A stretch of DNA of 64,000 bases from Candidatus Kapaibacterium sp. (GCA_963665665.1 OY762428.1:1280001-1344000), one strand, 5' to 3'; counted from the stretch's first letter, positions 8,703 to 19,237 are shown. Numbers and translations are program-made. Notes: generated by a model not told the origin, from the letters alone.

Positions 8703-11264
8703 ATGAAGAGTCTATTATTTGTAGTATTATTTATGAGTTTTATCAGCCTGAATGCGCAGACATTGAATGTGTTATCTGTTGATACTGACAGCTACCCGCT
8801 TATGAAAATTAATTTTACACTATCGGATGCGAACGGATTTATATACGGGGATCTGGACAAGGACGATTTTTCCCTTAAGGTTGATAATATTGTTAACGAT
8901 GATATTTCGATAGAATGTGATTCCGAAAGCTATGGTGAGAATACTTACATTATTTTATCCCTTGATGTTAGTACTTCAATGAATAACTCTATCGGGAACA
9001 ATGAAAATCGCTTTGACTGGGCCAAATATGCTTCAACAAATTTTATTGACCAGGTAGAATTAAGGAATGATTCCAAAATTTATATCAGTACTTTTTCAGA
9101 TGATGTTAAGAATGTAAGCGGATTCCAGGGCAATAAAGATTTTCTTCATGAATTTATTGATACAATAAAGGTAAAGGGGGGAGTAACTAATTATAACCCG
9201 CCATTCCTGAACGATGGTAACGGTGCAATAAGCCTGCTCAGAAATCTTCCCAAAGAATCACGAAAAATTGTTGTTTTCCTGAGCGACGGGAAGCCTGCCT
9301 ATGAATTTATGTCAGATCAGATTGCGCTTCTTGCCAATCAGTATAATATTGAAATTTATACAATTCTTCTTGCCTCGCCGAAATCAGAAGAACTTACGAA
9401 GTTCTCGGAATCAACCGGCGGTGCGCATTATTCCACTTACGACAAAATTGAACTCAATGATATATACTCCAATATTGCCAAAAGAATAAAAGGAGAAAAT
9501 GTCTGTACAATCGAATGGCTTCAGCCATGGGAGTGTTCGCGGGATATAGTGGCAAGGGATATTGATCTTTGCTTTAAAAGGGAGATTATTATCCGGGAAG
9601 TCAACTACGAAATTCCTGAAGAAGCCTATGTTGAATCATCAACGGATAAGGATGAAATAATCTTCGGTACCGATATGTCCATTGGAAAAAAAGAGATCTT
9701 TACCGTTAAAGCCGAAAGTGGAGAGTGTATAATTGATGATTGCCGGATTTTACCGGACGACGGCGCATTTGAACTCCGCCTGATCAATAATAGCTTCCCG
9801 ATTACTTTGAAGGAAGGCAACAGCGTCGACTTTGAAATTGAAATGACGGCAGAACCACAGGAAGAAATATACAAAGTTGATTTCCTTTCTTCTCCATGCC
9901 CGATCAAAAGCATTGATATTTATACAGACTGCAGGGTCGGTGCTTTGGATGAAATCGATCTTGGCAGCAGAATTCATCAAAGCAAAAGAAGTTTTAGCAT
10001 AAATAACGTTATTACAAACAATAATCAATTTGATATATCCGGCAGATTTATAATAATGGGTAAAGATGCCGGTAAATTTTCTATCGGGGGCAGCAATTAT
10101 TTCGAACTAAAGCCGGGGGAATCTCTGGATATCGACCTTGACTTTTTCTCCGACGAAGACGGAATATTCAATGCCGGAATTGAGTTTCAGCTAATCGACG
10201 CTTGCGACGATGTTGTGATACCTCTGTTATTCGAATCCTATAAAGCTTTTGAATGCAATGATATTAACTTTGGAATCAACCCGGGATGCGTAACAAAGGA
10301 TACAACAATTATTTTCTCTGCTCCGGATAAAACTTCGATGACTGTTGAAGATATTGAGCTATACGGATCTTCTGCCAGTTTTTATGCAGTAGATTATGAA
10401 AAGAGAACATATCTCCCGAATGAAAAAATACCTTTGAAAATTTTATTTACACCTCAGCATCACGGTACATATAATACCGATATGAAAATTAATACAGATA
10501 TTGGTTCATCATCCATACATTTATCAGGGAATGCTGAAAGAGCAGAAGTTGCGATTATAAAATTTGAACCCCACGGGAGTTTCGCCTCCGACAATGATAC
10601 ATGGCAGATTGTGCCGGGAATAAGAAACAGCCTGCAAATGAATTTGTCATTACCGGAAAGCGCTGATATTGAATTTGACTCAATTAAAATAATTATTGAT
10701 TATTATGAAAAAATGTTCCTGTTCCTTCCCGAAGATTTCATGATTTCAAATATTGATGATAAGAACACCAACATATATTATCCGGAAAAAGGTAAATGCC
10801 ACATTGTTGTCAGGCCGGTAAAAAATCAAAATATTGAATACAATCTGGCTTTCCTTCCCTTGCTTGCAGATACCACGGGTTCGGCATTGAATGTGTCTGC
10901 TGAATGTTACGGACCGTTTTACTGCGTGGATAATACAAGCACAGGCAGAAATATTTATATGAAAACCTGCAACAGCGAGGGCAGGGTGGTAATTGTAAAC
11001 GCCGACCATAAATTGAAAAACATTTATCCACAGCCTGCCGGTAAATATCTCAACTTTGATCTCTTCCTTGGCAGAAACGATAATGTTAATCTTAAGATAT
11101 TCGATTCTTATTCCAATATTATTAATGAAATAAATTATAAAGAGTTATCTCCGGGCAATCAGCAATTGAAGATAAATACCGGCAGCTATTATTCCGGCTT
11201 GTTCTCTTATGTCCTGACAGTTGGCAGTGCAGTCTTCAAAGGGAGTTTTATTAAAGTGGAATAA
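8703..11264 (+). CDS. Secreted vWA-domain protein with Ig-like domains and T9SS-type C-terminal domain
   Basis: Signal peptide, MIDAS LDVSTSM and FLSDG, C-terminal IYPQPA...G.F...FIKVE. GGAG upstream of ATG 8703. Confidence 0.85.
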   Translation: MKSLLFVVLFMSFISLNAQTLNVLSVDTDSYPLMKINFTLSDANGFIYGDLDKDDFSLKVDNIVNDDISIECDSESYGENTYIILSLDVSTSMNNSIGNNENRFDWAKYASTNFIDQVELRNDSKIYISTFSDDVKNVSGFQGNKDFLHEFIDTIKVKGGVTNYNPPFLNDGNGAISLLRNLPKESRKIVVFLSDGKPAYEFMSDQIALLANQYNIEIYTILLASPKSEELTKFSESTGGAHYSTYDKIELNDIYSNIAKRIKGENVCTIEWLQPWECSRDIVARDIDLCFKREIIIREVNYEIPEEAYVESSTDKDEIIFGTDMSIGKKEIFTVKAESGECIIDDCRILPDDGAFELRLINNSFPITLKEGNSVDFEIEMTAEPQEEIYKVDFLSSPCPIKSIDIYTDCRVGALDEIDLGSRIHQSKRSFSINNVITNNNQFDISGRFIIMGKDAGKFSIGGSNYFELKPGESLDIDLDFFSDEDGIFNAGIEFQLIDACDDVVIPLLFESYKAFECNDINFGINPGCVTKDTTIIFSAPDKTSMTVEDIELYGSSASFYAVDYEKRTYLPNEKIPLKILFTPQHHGTYNTDMKINTDIGSSSIHLSGNAERAEVAIIKFEPHGSFASDNDTWQIVPGIRNSLQMNLSLPESADIEFDSIKIIIDYYEKMFLFLPEDFMISNIDDKNTNIYYPEKGKCHIVVRPVKNQNIEYNLAFLPLLADTTGSALNVSAECYGPFYCVDNTSTGRNIYMKTCNSEGRVVIVNADHKLKNIYPQPAGKYLNFDLFLGRNDNVNLKIFDSYSNIINEINYKELSPGNQQLKINTGSYYSGLFSYVLTVGSAVFKGSFIKVE

Positions 11265-11299
11265 TATTCTAAGCTCTGAAAGGTATAGATACCCAACAT

Positions 11300-11974
11300 C
11301 CCCGGGGTGTTGGACATCTATACCATACAGTCTGTCTTTCTGCCTCATTCCCAAGCCCCGCCTGGGAAGGATGGAAATAATTCCCCTCCCTTGGAGGGGT
11401 GTCCGAAGGACGGGGGTGGACTTCCGGAAAAATTCCCCTCGTTGAGGGGTGGCGAGCGCAGCGAGACGGGGTGGTTTCTTTTTCTTTGCCTTCGCACCTT
11501 GCACATTTATCCACGCGCTAAAGCACCTGGCTATTGAATTTGACGATTATAAGGCTGGAATGTCATTCTGAGCGCCAGCGAAGAATCCATTCTTAATGCA
11601 TTCTCCCTCATTAAGAAGTTGTACTTCGTAATGCAGTTTTCAATTGATGCTGAGCTTCTCTATTTCAAAGTAGAACTTTGCAAGAAATATTCCTTCCCAA
11701 GTACAACTTGGGAAGGAGGGAATCAGCTACTAAGAAAGATGGATTCTTCGGTTGCTTCGCTCCGTCAAAATGACAACATAATACTTCCTTCTCCGGCCCT
11801 CTCCCCCCGTTCTTCCACCCCAATGAACCAACCGCCGGACTTAATTCCCCATCCTGTGGTATCAATGAATCGAATAATTTCCTTAATTCAATGCTGTTTT
11901 TAATCAAAACCCTGATGTTGGGGCTAATCGCTTTGTTTTCTGGGCTTTATACCGCCTTGGCCGGTGGTATTGAA
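11300..11974. repeat. REP-like mosaic and inverted tail of the element (copy 2)
   Basis: TTCCCCTCCCTTGGAGGGGTGTCCGAAGGACGGGGGTGG-type palindromes. 11507-11974 is the reverse complement of 1842-2187 with an extra ~145-bp insert. Confidence 0.9.
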
Positions 11975-12247
11975 CTACTGTTTGGCCTCATTGAGGACTT
12001 GTTTAGCCTTATTGAGGTCTTGTTTAGCCTTATTGAGGTCTTGTTTGGCCTTATTGAGGTCTTGTTTGGCCTTACTGAGGACTTGGTTGACTTTACTGAG
12101 GACTTGGTTGACTTTACTGAGGACTTGGTTGATCTTACTGAGGACTTGTTTGACCTTATTGAGGACTTGTTTGACTTTACTGAGGTCTTGTTTGACTTTA
12201 CTGAGGACTTGTTTAGCCTTATTGAGGACTTGTTTGACCTTATTGAG
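11975..12247 (-). repeat. 21-bp tandem array, arm B (copy 2), 13 units
   Basis: Reverse complement of the 1527-1841 unit. Confidence 0.97.
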
Positions 12248-12499
12248 GTTACTCATTATCTTCAAACAAGGCAGCAATAACTCCAAACAAGGCATCAATG
12301 ACTTCAACCAAGGCGGCAATGACTTCGACCAAGGCATCAATAACTTCAACCAAGGCGTCAATGACATCGACCAAGGCATCAATAACTCCGACCAAGGCAT
12401 CAATGACTCCGACCAAGGCATCAATGACTCCGACCAAGGCATCAATGACTTCGACCAAGGCAGCAATAACTTCGAACAAAGCATCAATAGCTTCAAACA
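12248..12499 (-). repeat. 21-bp tandem array, arm A (copy 2), about 12 units
   Basis: Reverse complement of the 1256-1522 unit (CAAGGCATCAATGACTTCGAC). Confidence 0.97.
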
Positions 12500-12877
12500 A
12501 GGCAGCAATGACTTAGAACATCGGTGTTTTACTTCGGCACAAGGTTGCAATGACTTAGAACATCGGTGTTTTACTTCGGCACAAGGCAGCAATGACTTAG
12601 AACAACGGTGCTTTACTTCGGCACAAGGCAGCAATGGCTTAGAACATCGGTGTTTTACTTCGGCACAAGGCGGCAATGGCTTAGAACATCGGTGCTTTAC
12701 TTCGGCACAAGGCGGCAATGGCTTAGAACATCGGTGCTTTACTTCGGCACAAGGCGTCAATGACTTAGAACATCGGTGCTTTACTTCGGCACAAGACGGC
12801 AATGACTTAGTACATCGGTGTTTTACTTCGGCACAAGGCGGCAATGGCTTAGAACATCGGTGCATTGCATTCGACAC
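12500..12877 (-). repeat. 42-bp tandem array (2x21 higher-order repeat), about 9 units
   Basis: AAGGCAGCAATG(A/G)CTTAGAACATCGGTG(C/T)TTTACTTCGGCAC repeated on the + strand. Confidence 0.97.
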
Positions 12878-13300
12878 TTCCTACCTCCCCCCGCCCCCCT
12901 CCTTCAAAAGGAGGGGGAGTTAATTCTATGATATTTAACTTCTTATCCCCTCCTAAAGTAGGAGGGGAATACAGGGGTGGTTTTCTTGCTTTGATTTGGA
13001 AAAAGGCGGCAATAATTTCAAACATCTATGCAATTCCTCTGACCCCTCCCAAACACACGCGGTGTGAAACCCTCCCCCAAGGAGAGGGCTTTGAAGAAGA
13101 ATAAGGCAAAAATAGAATAGAACATCGGTACTTTGCTTTCAAACATCGGTGGATTGCTTCTGACCAGGATGTTTTTAAGATTAACAAGGCCGTCAATTAG
13201 GCCAGGTAATGCTGTATAAAGGTTTGCCATCAGGATTATGATGCCAAACATCCCTGATAATAAAAACTCATCCGATGGCTTAAGGCCACCGGATGAGTAA
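12878..13300. repeat. REP-like palindromes and degenerate 21-mers
   Basis: CCCCTCCTTCAAAAGGAGGGG and TCCCCTCCTAAAGTAGGAGGGGA palindromes. 13031-13110 is an inverted homolog of 1160-1225. ACTCATCCGATGGC-TTAAG-GCCACCGGATGAGT hairpin. Confidence 0.7.
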
Positions 13301-13409
13301 TTAAAGCTAAAGAATGAGTTACTAATACCGCCGGATGAAACTGCAAGGCGGGGGAGTGAATCAGATTGGCAAATAAAAAAATTAAGAAAGATCGCCAGTT
13401 GATTCAAAA

Positions 13410-14453
13410 CTATTGCGGAAAGAAAGTAACAACGTCAGAAGGAATTTCTTTCGCCCATATTCTTGAAGCAGTACTCTGGTTAGCGCGAATCAGTGTTTTT
13501 ACATCTCCTTCATTCCTGATCATCATTATTTCCTTGTTTCTGCCGTGATATTGTAATCCGGTATATTCATAGCGGCTTACAAATTTAACAAGATCTTTGT
13601 ATCTTAAATCGATTTTGAACAATACGTCCTGGGTTGCTATGAATGCCCAGTCGGTTTCCGATATTGTCATATCAATGGGAATTCTTGTTTCAGCTTCGGC
13701 CCCGGCAATTCCAAGAGGAATATTATGGGCGATTTCTGCATCAGCAACAGAAATAAACTGAACGTAGGCAGAGCTGGCAGGCAGGTTGTCGAATTTTCCC
13801 TGCCCGGCGCTGATAACAACTATGGTCTGGTTGTCATGTGATGCCTCTATAAGTACCGGGTCGGGATTAACCACCAAAGTTTTCGTTACCCGATTCAGTC
13901 TGCTGTCAATAATAGAAACAGTATTGTCTTCTAAGTTTGCCGTGTAAACCTGATTTCCCGAGCCTGCAATAGCAACAGGTTTGCGCCCGACGGGAATAGT
14001 TTCGTCAGCAAGTTTCAGGTTTTTAGTATCGAAAACGCTGACCACGGAATCCTCACCGTGAGCAATATATGCTGTAGTGGCATTAACAAAGCAAATATCA
14101 AAGGGTTTTAACATATTTGCAGAGTAATCAATGGTTGCAATATGCTTGTAATTCAGGTCGCTGATAATTTCAATTTTATATGCATCGGGCATCAGAAGAT
14201 ATAACTGGCTGTTGTTTTTCAGGATTTTGGTTACTTTTCCGGGCAAAGTCTCGCCATTGGCAGTTTGATAAATATCCTGATCGCTTATGCTTCCCGAGGG
14301 CATATTCATAAGCGAGAGTACCGACATATTGCTGCCCCTTGCCAGCAGAGCTTTCCATGCTTCGCCTTCGGGCCCGATTACCTTTTCATCGTCGTTGCAT
14401 GAAGCAAGTACAAGCAATGATGCGACAAAAAATATGACAAGTAAATTTTTCAT
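13410..14453 (-). CDS. YncE/YVTN-like beta-propeller lipoprotein
   Basis: Lipobox LASC. IPVGRKPVAIA...VYTANLEDNTVSIID repeats. Confidence 0.75.
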   Translation of the reverse strand: MKNLLVIFFVASLLVLASCNDDEKVIGPEGEAWKALLARGSNMSVLSLMNMPSGSISDQDIYQTANGETLPGKVTKILKNNSQLYLLMPDAYKIEIISDLNYKHIATIDYSANMLKPFDICFVNATTAYIAHGEDSVVSVFDTKNLKLADETIPVGRKPVAIAGSGNQVYTANLEDNTVSIIDSRLNRVTKTLVVNPDPVLIEASHDNQTIVVISAGQGKFDNLPASSAYVQFISVADAEIAHNIPLGIAGAEAETRIPIDMTISETDWAFIATQDVLFKIDLRYKDLVKFVSRYEYTGLQYHGRNKEIMMIRNEGDVKTLIRANQSTASRIWAKEIPSDVVTFFPQ

Positions 14454-14483
14454 AATAATTTTCTCCGAGATAAATTTCAAAAT

Positions 14484-15317
14484 TTATAGTTTCCTGATAA
14501 CATTTCTGATTATTGCATTCATTTTCGGTTCGGCAGTTTTTGCAGCAGCCATAACTTTTTCAAGTGTAACCACTTCAACACCAACAGGAAATCCCACGTC
14601 CGTGATAACCGAAAGGCCGAGGCATTTCATGTTCATGTGGTTGGCAACAATAACTTCCGGTACAGTACTCATACCAACAACATCGGCACCAATTATGTTG
14701 AGCATCCTGTATTCTGCCCTTGTTTCAAGGCTTGGGCCGGAAAGAGCGGCATAAACGCCTTTATGAATTTTTATATTGTTTTCGAGCGCGGCCTGTTCCG
14801 CCAATTCTATCAATTCCTGCGAATAGGGTTCGGACATATCGGGGAATCTCAATCCTATCGAATCATCATTCGGGCCGATCAGCGGATTGGTGCCAAGCAG
14901 GTTAATATGGTCATCTATTATCATAACCGAACCAGCAAGCATATAATTATTCACCGAACCACAGGCATTGGAAACGATCATAGTTTCGATGCCAAGAGCT
15001 TTCATCACCCTGATGGGGAAGGTGATCTGCTGCATGGAATATCCTTCGTAAAAATGGAAGCGCCCCTGCATTGCCATTACGTTTTTTCCGCCAAGCTTTC
15101 CGAATATCAACCTGCCTGCATGGCCTTCCACCGTTGAAACAACAAAGTTGGGAATTTCATAATAATCAATTACCTGTTCTTTTTCAATATCATCGGCAAG
15201 TCCTCCAAGCCCTGTTCCAAGGATTATTCCAATTTCCGGCTTTTCCGAAATAATATTCTCAATAAATTCTGCCGATTCTTTCATTTTTTGTTTTAATTCA
15301 CTAATATTGCTGTTCAT
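14484..15317 (-). CDS. punA: Purine-nucleoside phosphorylase (trimeric type)
   Basis: ILGTGLG, STVEGHAG, QGRFHFYEGY, GPSLETRAE and VGMSTVPE motifs. Confidence 0.93.
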   Translation of the reverse strand: MNSNISELKQKMKESAEFIENIISEKPEIGIILGTGLGGLADDIEKEQVIDYYEIPNFVVSTVEGHAGRLIFGKLGGKNVMAMQGRFHFYEGYSMQQITFPIRVMKALGIETMIVSNACGSVNNYMLAGSVMIIDDHINLLGTNPLIGPNDDSIGLRFPDMSEPYSQELIELAEQAALENNIKIHKGVYAALSGPSLETRAEYRMLNIIGADVVGMSTVPEVIVANHMNMKCLGLSVITDVGFPVGVEVVTLEKVMAAAKTAEPKMNAIIRNVIRKL

Positions 15318-15326
15318 TCCTATCCT

Positions 15327-16052
15327 TTACTTATTATAATTTCTTTGCCCGAAAATTGCAGTGCCAACCCTTACTATAGTTGCGCCTTCTTCGATTGCAT
15401 GCTCATAGTCATGAGTCATTCCCATCGAAAGATGTTCGAATATTTCATTGCCGTGCTTATCGGCGAGTTGGTTCCTAAGTTTTTTCATCAGCCTGAATTC
15501 GGCCCTGTAAACGTCTTCATCGTAGGAGAAAGAACCAATGGTCATCAGCCCGCGAATTTTCAGATTTTCCATTTCCAGAGTTTCTTTGGCTATATCAAAC
15601 ACATCATCGGGCTCACAACCGGATTTAGAATCTTCGCCCGAACTGTTTACCTGCAGCAGAATATCGATTGTTCTGTCATGCTTTGCGGCCTGCTTGTTAA
15701 TTTCTTTGGCCAGCTTAACGGAATCAACCGAATGTATCATTGCCGCGACGGGTGCAACATATTTTACTTTGTTGGATTGCAAATGGCCGATATAATGCCA
15801 TTCCGGAATTTCGATATTGTTTTCTGTGGCATACTTGCTTTTGTCCCTTAGCTCCTGGGCATAGTTTTCGCCAAAATATCTGATTCCGGCTGCCAGGCCT
15901 GCTTCAACATATTCGAAGGGATGCGTTTTAGAGACGGCAATAATTTTAATTTCTTCCGGTTTACGTCCGCAACCTATGGCTGCTTTTCTTGCATTTTCCT
16001 GAACTTCTTTCCAATTCTCACCGAACTGTTCTGCTAATTCCATATTTATCAA
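15327..16052 (-). CDS. yggS: YggS/PROSC PLP-homeostasis protein
   Basis: IAVSKT, FGENYAQE, WHYIGHLQSNK, LSMGMT and VRVGTAIFG motifs. Confidence 0.95.
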   Translation of the reverse strand: MINMELAEQFGENWKEVQENARKAAIGCGRKPEEIKIIAVSKTHPFEYVEAGLAAGIRYFGENYAQELRDKSKYATENNIEIPEWHYIGHLQSNKVKYVAPVAAMIHSVDSVKLAKEINKQAAKHDRTIDILLQVNSSGEDSKSGCEPDDVFDIAKETLEMENLKIRGLMTIGSFSYDEDVYRAEFRLMKKLRNQLADKHGNEIFEHLSMGMTHDYEHAIEEGATIVRVGTAIFGQRNYNK

Positions 16053-16138
16053 TTTATTTTACCATCTGTTTATTCAACATTCTGAATTTAGTAATATGCA
16101 AATTAATCTCTTTTTGCTGAATATTGCAAATCAGGATA

Positions 16139-18091
16139 TCAACGTATAATTACTAAGGGCATTCTTCTGGCACATTTGTAATTATCTATTACAATGTTGT
16201 AAAGGCCCGGTGATAGTCCGGAAACATCTAATCTGCTGTTTTCCATAATTGTCTCCATCAGCATATACCCCTGAATATCAAAAATCGTTAACCTGGCCCC
16301 GGATAAATTCTCTCCGCCTATATTAATAACATCTGCGGCAGGATTAGGATACAGGAAAATATTATTTTTCTTCAGGTCTTGAATTCCGCTGATACTTTCG
16401 GTTTTCATCAAAGTCCTTAATGTAGGCCCCTGGTTTATCGTAACATTAATAAATTTGGCGAGAGAATCAAAAGTAAATTCCTGCTGTACTTCATTCATCC
16501 TTACTATTCTGTATTCAGTTCTTCCCATGTTGTTCTTGAAACCGAATTCCAAAGGTATTCCAAGATAGGCCCCATAGCTTTTGGGTTGTACCTGTTTGGC
16601 TTTTATCCTGACTTTGCTTTCGCTTTCTTTAATCAATTCGAAAGTCAGCACAGGCCAGCCACGCCCGTAAACCCATTGATCAAAGAATGTACTAAGGTCC
16701 TTGCCGCTGAAATTCTCCATAGTGGTTTGAAGGCCCTTGGTTGTTACATTCCCGTAGGCAAAATCATTAAGATACTTTCTTACAGCACCGAAAAACAAAC
16801 TGTCGCCAAGTTCATATCTGAGCATTGCCAGCACCGAAGCCCCCTTATGATATATAGTATATGGGTAGTTTGATGAAGGCTCCTCACGCGGAAAATCATA
16901 AAGGGGAAACACATGTTCATCTACGGCATTAGTATAAAGGTACTCGTTCATCGTTTTTTCAACATAGTTCAGATACCCGGTATAGCCCCATTGGGCTTCG
17001 GCCCATATTGCTTCGCTGAATACGGCAAAGCCTTCGTTCAGCCATGTATCGCGGAAGTCATAAGGGCTTACCATATCGCCGAACCACTGGTGGGAAAGTT
17101 CATGAGCAACGGTCATATTCATATCATCATTGCTCGAATATAAATATCTTAGATAGTTGGATGAAAAGGATATCATAGTCTGATGCTCCATTGCTCCCCT
17201 GGCTGTATTGCAGTAACCAATTTTTTCGAAAGGGTAAGGCCCGAATCTTTCTTCGTAGGCAGCAGCCATATCCTTAACGTGTGAATAAACGAACTTGCTT
17301 GCTGTTGTGTCGTCAGGAAGCGAATATAATTCTATTGGCAGCCCGTTGTAATCATCTTCGATCAGTGCATAAGGGCCGGCAGCAAAAGTCAGAAGGTATG
17401 TGGCCGTGGGGTAATCATGCGTCCATTCATAAGTATCGGTTCCGTTGTCGAAATTAATTACGTTAACAACTCCGTTGGAAGCAACTTTATTCCCAACCGG
17501 GACGTTGAATTTTGCATGAAACCTTGCCTTGTCCGAGGGAACATCATAGCAAGGCAGCCAGTGCCTAGTAGTTGATACATATCCATTGCTGAAGCCAACT
17601 CCGAGTGCATAAAGAATTCCTTCCTGATAGCGTACACCGCCCCAGTGGAAATCAGCCTCGTCGGTCATTTTACCATGATAATATACTGAAAGTATAGCTG
17701 TGTCTCCCGTTTTTGCTTCGTAAGGAGCCTGTACGTAATAAAAAAAATCATCATCCTCAGGCCGACCGTTCACAAAATAAACAGATCCTTCATCATTGTA
17801 TTTAACTGAATCAATTGTTAAATCCCTTAGATGAATAAAAACAGCCTTGTTCCGCGGGTTTTCTGTCCATGTTAAGTGGATATGATTAACAGCAGTGATC
17901 TCGACTGATTCAAGGTCGGAAAATTTAATATCGGCATCATAAAGAAGTATATCATAAGGCTGTGGAAAATATTCAGTGGCAGTGGATATTTTATTTTCTA
18001 TCGCATGTATATCAATAACGTAAAGAAAGAAAAAAATAATAATTGAAATTCGACAAAATGTTCCCATTGCATCAGCTCCGTTTTTCATCAA
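16139..18091 (-). CDS. M1-family aminopeptidase with T9SS-type C-terminal domain
   Basis: GAMEH, HELSHQWFG...WLNEGFA and YHKG motifs, C-terminal LYPNPA. The start may be the Met at 18067. Confidence 0.9.
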   Translation of the reverse strand: MMKNGADAMGTFCRISIIIFFFLYVIDIHAIENKISTATEYFPQPYDILLYDADIKFSDLESVEITAVNHIHLTWTENPRNKAVFIHLRDLTIDSVKYNDEGSVYFVNGRPEDDDFFYYVQAPYEAKTGDTAILSVYYHGKMTDEADFHWGGVRYQEGILYALGVGFSNGYVSTTRHWLPCYDVPSDKARFHAKFNVPVGNKVASNGVVNVINFDNGTDTYEWTHDYPTATYLLTFAAGPYALIEDDYNGLPIELYSLPDDTTASKFVYSHVKDMAAAYEERFGPYPFEKIGYCNTARGAMEHQTMISFSSNYLRYLYSSNDDMNMTVAHELSHQWFGDMVSPYDFRDTWLNEGFAVFSEAIWAEAQWGYTGYLNYVEKTMNEYLYTNAVDEHVFPLYDFPREEPSSNYPYTIYHKGASVLAMLRYELGDSLFFGAVRKYLNDFAYGNVTTKGLQTTMENFSGKDLSTFFDQWVYGRGWPVLTFELIKESESKVRIKAKQVQPKSYGAYLGIPLEFGFKNNMGRTEYRIVRMNEVQQEFTFDSLAKFINVTINQGPTLRTLMKTESISGIQDLKKNNIFLYPNPAADVINIGGENLSGARLTIFDIQGYMLMETIMENSRLDVSGLSPGLYNIVIDNYKCARRMPLVIIR

Positions 18092-18234
18092 TTGTTAAAG
18101 AAGATATAATCTAAAAACTTTATTCTAAACTGACAAATAATTTAATTTTTTTTCTTGCTTATTGCCTTTTTTTATTCTATTTTAAATCAAAGTATTGAAG
18201 TTTTTAGCGATTAATTAATTTTCTCGGAGGTTAA

Positions 18235-19179
18235 ATGCAGACCATCTCAGACGGAAACGGAACGGAGAATTTTCAGAACGAAAATATCTTCTTTGATTTA
18301 GACAGCGCACTGGCAAATGTTGACAAAGTTTATAAACTTGACCTTCACTTCAAAGACCTTGAATGTTTTCCGAAAGATATTTTAAAACTAAAAAATTTAC
18401 AATCATTGGTTCTCTGGAATAATCAGATAGAAGAAATTCCCGAAGAAATAGAACAATTGAAAGAACTTTCCAAGCTGGAATTAAGCGGCAATAAATTGAA
18501 AAAACTTCCCGAATCAATCGGAAATCTCAGTAAACTTCATACACTTGTTGTCAGCTGGAATAATCTTGAAACCTTGCCTGATAGTATTGGCAAACTTAAC
18601 AATCTGAAAAGGCTCGGGCTGAACAATAATAAATTGAAATCCCTGCCGGAATCAATTTCCGGGCTTGAAAACCTTGATGAGCTTATTCTTAGAGAAAACA
18701 GGCTGATCGATCTTCCTGAAAATATAGGCAACCTTAAGAACCTGAAAAAGCTTCGTGCATCGGGCAATCATTTATCGAAATTGCCGGATAGCATTTGTGA
18801 AATAATTTCACTTGAAAAACTGGAAGTAGAAGAAAATAATATTGAAGAATTGCCAAAAAATATTGGCAATCTTATCAATCTGGACAAAATCAGGCTTCAT
18901 AAAAATCTTATTGAAACGCTCCCTGATTCATTCTGTAAGCTTGCTTCACTAACCAAACTCCTGATGTATGAAAATGAATTGGTTAAACTTCCCGAAAATA
19001 TTGGCAATCTTACAAATCTGATAGATCTGAATTTCAGTTTCAATCATTTGTCATGTTTGCCGGAGAGTATGGCCGGGCTGAATGAAAATTGCCGTATTGA
19101 TATTACAATGAATGAATTTGATGAAGAAGGCCTGAATAAAGCCAGGGAAATTCTTAAAGGCCATATTGTTCATAGCTAA
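18235..19179 (+). CDS. Leucine-rich repeat protein
   Basis: About 11 23-aa LxxLxLxxNxLxxLPxxIG repeats. GGAGG RBS. Confidence 0.92.
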   Translation: MQTISDGNGTENFQNENIFFDLDSALANVDKVYKLDLHFKDLECFPKDILKLKNLQSLVLWNNQIEEIPEEIEQLKELSKLELSGNKLKKLPESIGNLSKLHTLVVSWNNLETLPDSIGKLNNLKRLGLNNNKLKSLPESISGLENLDELILRENRLIDLPENIGNLKNLKKLRASGNHLSKLPDSICEIISLEKLEVEENNIEELPKNIGNLINLDKIRLHKNLIETLPDSFCKLASLTKLLMYENELVKLPENIGNLTNLIDLNFSFNHLSCLPESMAGLNENCRIDITMNEFDEEGLNKAREILKGHIVHS

Positions 19180-19202
19180 TTCAATTCATAAATGTTTATG
19201 CT

Positions 19203-19237
19203 AAATCCCTTCCATATTACGGAGGGGATTTTTTTTT
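19203..19237 (+). terminator. Intrinsic terminator
   Basis: ATCCCTTCC-loop-GGAGGGGAT followed by a T-run. Confidence 0.75.

Noticed and set aside
11145-11907. Short ORFs within REP mosaics (also 889-1137, 12865-13407, 25999-26691)
   Set aside because: They are translations of palindromic repeats with no RBS or protein-like composition.
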